DNA from: Candidatus Latescibacterota bacterium
GTDB taxonomy: Bacteria > Latescibacterota > UBA2968 > GCA-2709665
Reading direction: 5' to 3'
Assembly (NCBI GenBank): GCA_965219455.1
Contig: OZ244744.1
Coordinates: 3,104,001-3,168,000 of the forward strand
DNA: 64,000 nucleotides
Positions 59,600 through 64,000 of this stretch are shown here, piece by piece. The position numbers were made by a program, and so were the translations under genes. The notes beneath the pieces were generated by a model. The model did not search any database. It had not been told where the DNA came from and was given only the letters and a program-made list of their open reading frames with translations. How positions within the stretch are numbered: the first letter of the stretch is position 1; the number at the start of each line of letters is the position of its first letter.

Positions 59600-59800
59600 A
59601 ACCTGGTTTTCCTCCCCCTTTCCTTTAGGAGAGGGGGCCGGGGGGAGAGGTCCCCGGGAGCGAGGGCATCTTGCCCTCGCTGCGCCCCTTCTGCTCCTGC
59701 CGCTTTGCGGCGCTGACGTCAATTGATCGGTTTTTGATTCAAGCTGACTGCTGATGGCTGTTAGCTGTTTTTGCTGCTTCTCGACGGCCGAATTCAGGCG
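59600..59800. repeat. Modular intergenic repeat, copy E
   Basis: CCCCCTTTCCTTTAGGAGAGGGGGCCGGGGGGAGAGGT ... GCGCTGACGTCAATTGAT.GGTTTTTGATTCAAGCTGAC...GCTGTTTTTGCTGCTTC, as at 26040-26170. Confidence 0.9.
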
Positions 59801-59821
59801 ACCTGTTTCCGGAACGGAACC

Positions 59822-61219
59822 CTATGGCATCTTTCCATGAAAAGCATCGCCGCCATCCTCCCAAGCTCCTCCGACCGGCCGCAGTTGCCCGCCGCCCGTA
59901 ACGGCCCGTTCGCGCCCGTCCTTTTCCGGGTCCGCCCAGGTCGAAAACCAATCCTCAAGCATCGCCCGCATCGCCATTATACGCGAGGTCTGATGAGCAT
60001 CGTTCACGAGATTCTCGCGTTCATCAGGATCGTTCACCAGGTCGTAGAGTTCGTTCGGTCCCTCCGCGTAGCGGTGAATAAACTTCCATTCCCCCGTCCT
60101 GACCATTCTGGTGGGGCCGTATTCGTCGTAAATCACCACGGATTCGCGGCCGGAGTCTCCAAGGCCGAGCAACGCGGGAAGGAAACTCCTTCCCGGCAGA
60201 TTCCGTCCCTCCGGAAGCGGGAGGTCCAGGTAATCCAGAAGCGTCGGCATAAAGTCATACGCGCTCACCATCGCGGGCTGTACGAACCCTCCCGGAATTC
60301 GTCCCGGATGGCTCATCACGGCCGGAACCTTGACGGAATTCTCGTACATGTTCAGGGGACGCGTGCCGTTCCCTTTGCCCCAGAATCCGTGGTGCCCGCA
60401 GCTGAACCCGTTATCGCTTACGAAGACGACCAGTGTCTGTTCCCGAATGCCGTGCGCCTCCAGCCTGTCCAGAATCCTTCCCACGTCGGCGTCCATTGCC
60501 GTCACGGCGGCGAAATATCCCTTCAACATTTCCCGGTTGCCCAGGCATTGATCCGTCAGTCCGATGGCCCACGGATGCCGGGCTTCCTGCGGACAGGACT
60601 CGAACGCGCAATCGTCGTAGGAATCCACCACCTTCCGCGGATGCCCCGTCCACGGACTGTGCGGCGCGGTGTAGTGCACGCCGAGGTAGAACGGATCATC
60701 GTTGTTCTCATGCCGGTCGATGAACGCCAGCGCGTCGTCCGTAATCACGTTGGTCACATATCCTGGCGCCGCAATCAGCCTGCCGTCCCGCACCATCGGC
60801 GCATCGTTGTATTTTCCGCCGCCTTGTTGGTGCACGAACCAGTGCTCGAACCCATGTTGCGAGATCTGGCTATTGCCCAGATGCCACTTGCCGCTGATAC
60901 CGCACGTCCATCCGTGTTCCGCCAGCACATCCGTGTATGCCACCTCTCCCGCCAGGTAGGAAGCCGCATCCGGCCCCACGTTTCCATTTCTGATCCAATC
61001 GTGGACGCCATGCTGTGAAGGCATGCGTCCCGTCAAGAACGACGCACGGCTGGGCGAACAGACCGGCGATGCCACGAAAAAGTTCTCGAACCGCACGCCG
61101 GTGTCCGCGATCCGGTCGATATTGGGCGTGCGGATTTCAGCATTGCCGTAACACCCCGCGGCCCATACACCCTGGTCATCCGTTAAAATAAACACGACGT
61201 TTGTCTTCCGGGAAGCCAA
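59822..61219 (-). CDS. Formylglycine-dependent sulfatase
   Basis: Probable TTG start at 61219; NVVFILTDDQ, CSPSRASFLTG, GKWH, SDNG, ELYDL..DP.E. Confidence 0.92.
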   Translation of the reverse strand: MASRKTNVVFILTDDQGVWAAGCYGNAEIRTPNIDRIADTGVRFENFFVASPVCSPSRASFLTGRMPSQHGVHDWIRNGNVGPDAASYLAGEVAYTDVLAEHGWTCGISGKWHLGNSQISQHGFEHWFVHQQGGGKYNDAPMVRDGRLIAAPGYVTNVITDDALAFIDRHENNDDPFYLGVHYTAPHSPWTGHPRKVVDSYDDCAFESCPQEARHPWAIGLTDQCLGNREMLKGYFAAVTAMDADVGRILDRLEAHGIREQTLVVFVSDNGFSCGHHGFWGKGNGTRPLNMYENSVKVPAVMSHPGRIPGGFVQPAMVSAYDFMPTLLDYLDLPLPEGRNLPGRSFLPALLGLGDSGRESVVIYDEYGPTRMVRTGEWKFIHRYAEGPNELYDLVNDPDERENLVNDAHQTSRIMAMRAMLEDWFSTWADPEKDGRERAVTGGGQLRPVGGAWEDGGDAFHGKMP

Positions 61220-61499
61220 TATACGCTCGCTTTCTCGAAGATTTACATCCGCGTGCGCCCTGTTTCCCGGGTGAAGAAGATAGGTACGGGCGCAGGGGTG
61301 CCGTAATCTAATGTGCCCGGCTGAAAAAATCAACGCGAATACCCTGCGCCCCCGTTTTTTGTCCTTGCCTTCCCCCGGTTCTGGCCGATATTCTAGTGCG
61401 TTGTCGAAGCGTTTTTGAACCCTCAATCAACGCATTCCGGGACAATCTACTCCTGCAAGGAGAAACAAGGTACATGGATAACACAATGGGAGAAACACA

Positions 61500-62408
61500 A
61501 TGGAGACCATTTGTCTTGACCATTGTATGACGGACAAACAGCGGGAACACTTCGATCAGAAAGGCTTTCTGATCGTCGAAAATGCACTGGATTCGCGAAT
61601 GCTGGGCCGGCTGCTGGACGCCTGCGACCGCGTGGATGCGCGTGAACGCGAAAAACAGGGGCTCGGGCCCGGTCAATTGATGAACAAATTCCGGACCATT
61701 GTCGAAGACGACGCCTTTCTGGATCTGCTGGATCTGCCTCGGACATTCCCGCTCATCTGGGACATACTGGGCTGGAATGTCCAGCACTATATTTCGCACC
61801 TGGTATGTTACCCGCCGGAGCCGCGAGCCACAGCCGATCGGAAGACCGGCGGCTGGCATCAGGATGGCGGCCGTCCCGTACCGGAGATGGAGCGTCCACA
61901 CCCCCGGCTATCGCTGAAGGTCGCATTCTGGCTATCTGACACCCGCGCGCCCGAAAGGGGCGGGATTCGCATCGTTCCGGGCAGCCACAAACGCGACATC
62001 CCGCCGGATCGCTGGCCCGCCGGAAACGGATCATCCAGCGCGTCAGGCTTCGAAGACATGATGCAGGTCCGGGTAAAAGCAGGAACAGCGGTCCTCTTCG
62101 ACAGGCGTTTATGGCATGCGCGGGGGTTGAATACGTCCGATACCACGCGAAAAGTGTTATTCCTGGGATACAGCTATCGATGGCTCAGAGGATTGGACTA
62201 CAACCTGATTCCGGACGAAATTCTCGAAAAATGCGATCCGATCCGACGCCAACTCCTGGGAGACGGGGTGGATGTCAAAGGATGGTGGCAGCCGACGGAT
62301 GCCGACGTCCCGCTCAAGGGATGGCTTCTGAAGCACAAGGGCGAGTCCTACGTGGAAAGGATTGGACAGAAGCAATGGGAACGAAAAAAATGGGCGGAAC
62401 GTTCCTGA
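61500..62408 (+). CDS. PhyH-family dioxygenase
   Basis: FDQKGFLIV, WHQD, IVPGSH, FDRRLWHA..N...TR. Confidence 0.9.
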   Translation: METICLDHCMTDKQREHFDQKGFLIVENALDSRMLGRLLDACDRVDAREREKQGLGPGQLMNKFRTIVEDDAFLDLLDLPRTFPLIWDILGWNVQHYISHLVCYPPEPRATADRKTGGWHQDGGRPVPEMERPHPRLSLKVAFWLSDTRAPERGGIRIVPGSHKRDIPPDRWPAGNGSSSASGFEDMMQVRVKAGTAVLFDRRLWHARGLNTSDTTRKVLFLGYSYRWLRGLDYNLIPDEILEKCDPIRRQLLGDGVDVKGWWQPTDADVPLKGWLLKHKGESYVERIGQKQWERKKWAERS

Positions 62409-62439
62409 TCAACAAACCCCATTTCAGGGAGAAAGAGCT

Positions 62440-64000
62440 ATGGACCGCGACTCTATGAGCAACGAAGAAAACTACTGCTTCGACATCGGCGGATACCTTA
62501 TTGTCAGAGGTGTACTGACAAGGGGAGAAATTGCCGGCCTGAATTCGGCGATCGATGCCGGCGGGACGTCGCAGGGCATGTTGGGGTGGCCTCACCCCCT
62601 GCGCAAACCGTTTCGCGACCTTCTGGTCCATCCCCAACTCGTCTGGTATCTCAATCAGATTGTCGGGCAGGGCTTCCGTCTTGAGACCGAACCGGAATTG
62701 CTCTGCGACGCCACGTGCGAACCGGATGCGCCTCTTGAGGGCGGCAACGAACCGCGCGACCCCACCCGGGCCTACTATTACCAGAACGGGCGCCGCTTCA
62801 GTGAAACGGTTCGCGCCGCGTGGGCCCTTGCGGATGCGGAGGCGGGCGCGGGCGGTTTCGTTATAGTACCATGTTCTCACAAATCCAACGTGGAGACCCC
62901 CGACGACGTGCTCACCGGTACGGACGACATGGGGCTCACGCTACAGCCCGCGCTCAAAGCGGGCGACCTTCTGCTGGTTGCAGGCGCCCTGCTGCACGGC
63001 ATGCGACCGTGGGCGGGGAGCGGTCCCCAGCGACTTCTCTCTTACGAGTTCGCGGGCCGGGGCGTCATCCGCTCCGCCGGAAGCGGCCCCAAAACCGGAG
63101 AAGACCCCACGCCCGAATGGATGTCCGCCATTACCGCCGAACAGAAGGCCTCCATCTGGCGACCCGGCTACGAAAGCACCACGCCGCCGCCCACCATCCT
63201 CACGGACGGAGAGTCGGTGCGCCTCGACGAATCCCGTGAGGTCTATCATCCGTCCATTTACGTCAGGAATCCGAAATCCGGGATCGACGAGAAAGAGTTC
63301 TACTTCTTGGATCTGTGCGGTCACCTCATCCTCCGCAACGTGATGGACGAAGCGTGGCTGGAACAGGCCAACGACGCCATCGACAGATACGAAGACCGGA
63401 TCGAAGTGGGCAGGGAACTCTCCAGAGGATCGAAAACTCTGGCTGGAACCGGCAGGCCGCTGCTGTCCAACCTTCTACAACTTCCGGAACCCTACTGCAA
63501 TCCCTTCCGGCGCATGGTCGCGCACCCCGTCGTGGAGCACCGCCTGAACTGGATGGGCGCCAGCGGCGGACGGTTGGGCGACGCCACGGCCTTCTGCTCC
63601 GTCAAGGGCGGTTCCGGACACTCCCTGCACGACGCCAACGAGCCGCTCAACCCGGGCCGGGGATATGTTTACCAGAACGGCCGGAGCTATTGCGAGGCCG
63701 TGACGGTCACCTGGCAGTTGCGAGACGTGCCCGCCGGCATGGGCGGATTCGCCTGCGTGCCCGGCAGCCATAAAGCCCAGTACCGCCTGCCGCCCGGCGT
63801 GCGATCCTGCGACGACGACATGGGCCTGGTCGTCCAGCCCGAAATGAAAGCCGGCGACGTGCTTTTCTTTATGGACGGGGGACAGACGCATGGCGCGTTG
63901 GCATGGAAAAACGAAAACGACCGCCGGGCGATCCTCATCAAGTATTCCTCCCGTAACTTCAACCGCAGCGGCGGCGAGATGGCCCACCCCGAGAACCGGT
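62440..64000 (+). CDS. Tandem two-domain PhyH-family protein (runs off window end)
   Basis: Manual translation: MDRDSMSNEENYCFDIGGYLIVRGVL...VPCSHK...LHG, then in frame EKEFYFLDLCGHLIL...LHDAN...VPGSHK...THG. Absent from the ORF track because it has no stop in the window. Confidence 0.88.
   Translation, partial: MDRDSMSNEENYCFDIGGYLIVRGVLTRGEIAGLNSAIDAGGTSQGMLGWPHPLRKPFRDLLVHPQLVWYLNQIVGQGFRLETEPELLCDATCEPDAPLEGGNEPRDPTRAYYYQNGRRFSETVRAAWALADAEAGAGGFVIVPCSHKSNVETPDDVLTGTDDMGLTLQPALKAGDLLLVAGALLHGMRPWAGSGPQRLLSYEFAGRGVIRSAGSGPKTGEDPTPEWMSAITAEQKASIWRPGYESTTPPPTILTDGESVRLDESREVYHPSIYVRNPKSGIDEKEFYFLDLCGHLILRNVMDEAWLEQANDAIDRYEDRIEVGRELSRGSKTLAGTGRPLLSNLLQLPEPYCNPFRRMVAHPVVEHRLNWMGASGGRLGDATAFCSVKGGSGHSLHDANEPLNPGRGYVYQNGRSYCEAVTVTWQLRDVPAGMGGFACVPGSHKAQYRLPPGVRSCDDDMGLVVQPEMKAGDVLFFMDGGQTHGALAWKNENDRRAILIKYSSRNFNRSGGEMAHPENR

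Overview
This is a GC-rich bacterial window with no rRNA, tRNA or CRISPR array that I can support. Five PhyH-type dioxygenase genes or fragments, a sulfatase, heparinase-like proteins and giant cadherin/FN3/LRR adhesins suggest a sponge or marine symbiont (inference). Layout: (1) 1-14.3 kb holds the 5' part of katG, an AT-richer lipoprotein/YidD-like/TPR operon, and a mosaic of duplicated, deleted and IS-scarred genes. It includes a candidate selenoprotein peroxiredoxin (in-frame TGA plus SECIS-like hairpin) missed by the ORF track. (2) 14.4-19.2 kb is an island with a bacterial ubiquitination-like operon (Ubl ending in -DDNS with no Gly, Ser-type E2, JAB-E1 fusion, XRE HTH, palindromic operator) facing a papain/C39-like peptidase and a small partner. 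(3) 19.3-36.6 kb is a minus-strand catabolic cluster with mostly uncharacterised glycan-active-like proteins, interspersed with modular intergenic repeats. (4) 37.8-40.2 kb has a near-leaderless His-rich leader peptide and attenuator ahead of methyltransferase-hisI-hisG. (5) 40.8-56.2 kb has two paralogous giant adhesins with different C-terminal modules. (6) 56.4-64 kb has tandem lipoproteins, a TPP enzyme, a sulfatase and PhyH dioxygenases. All family calls come from reading motifs by eye; no database searches were run.
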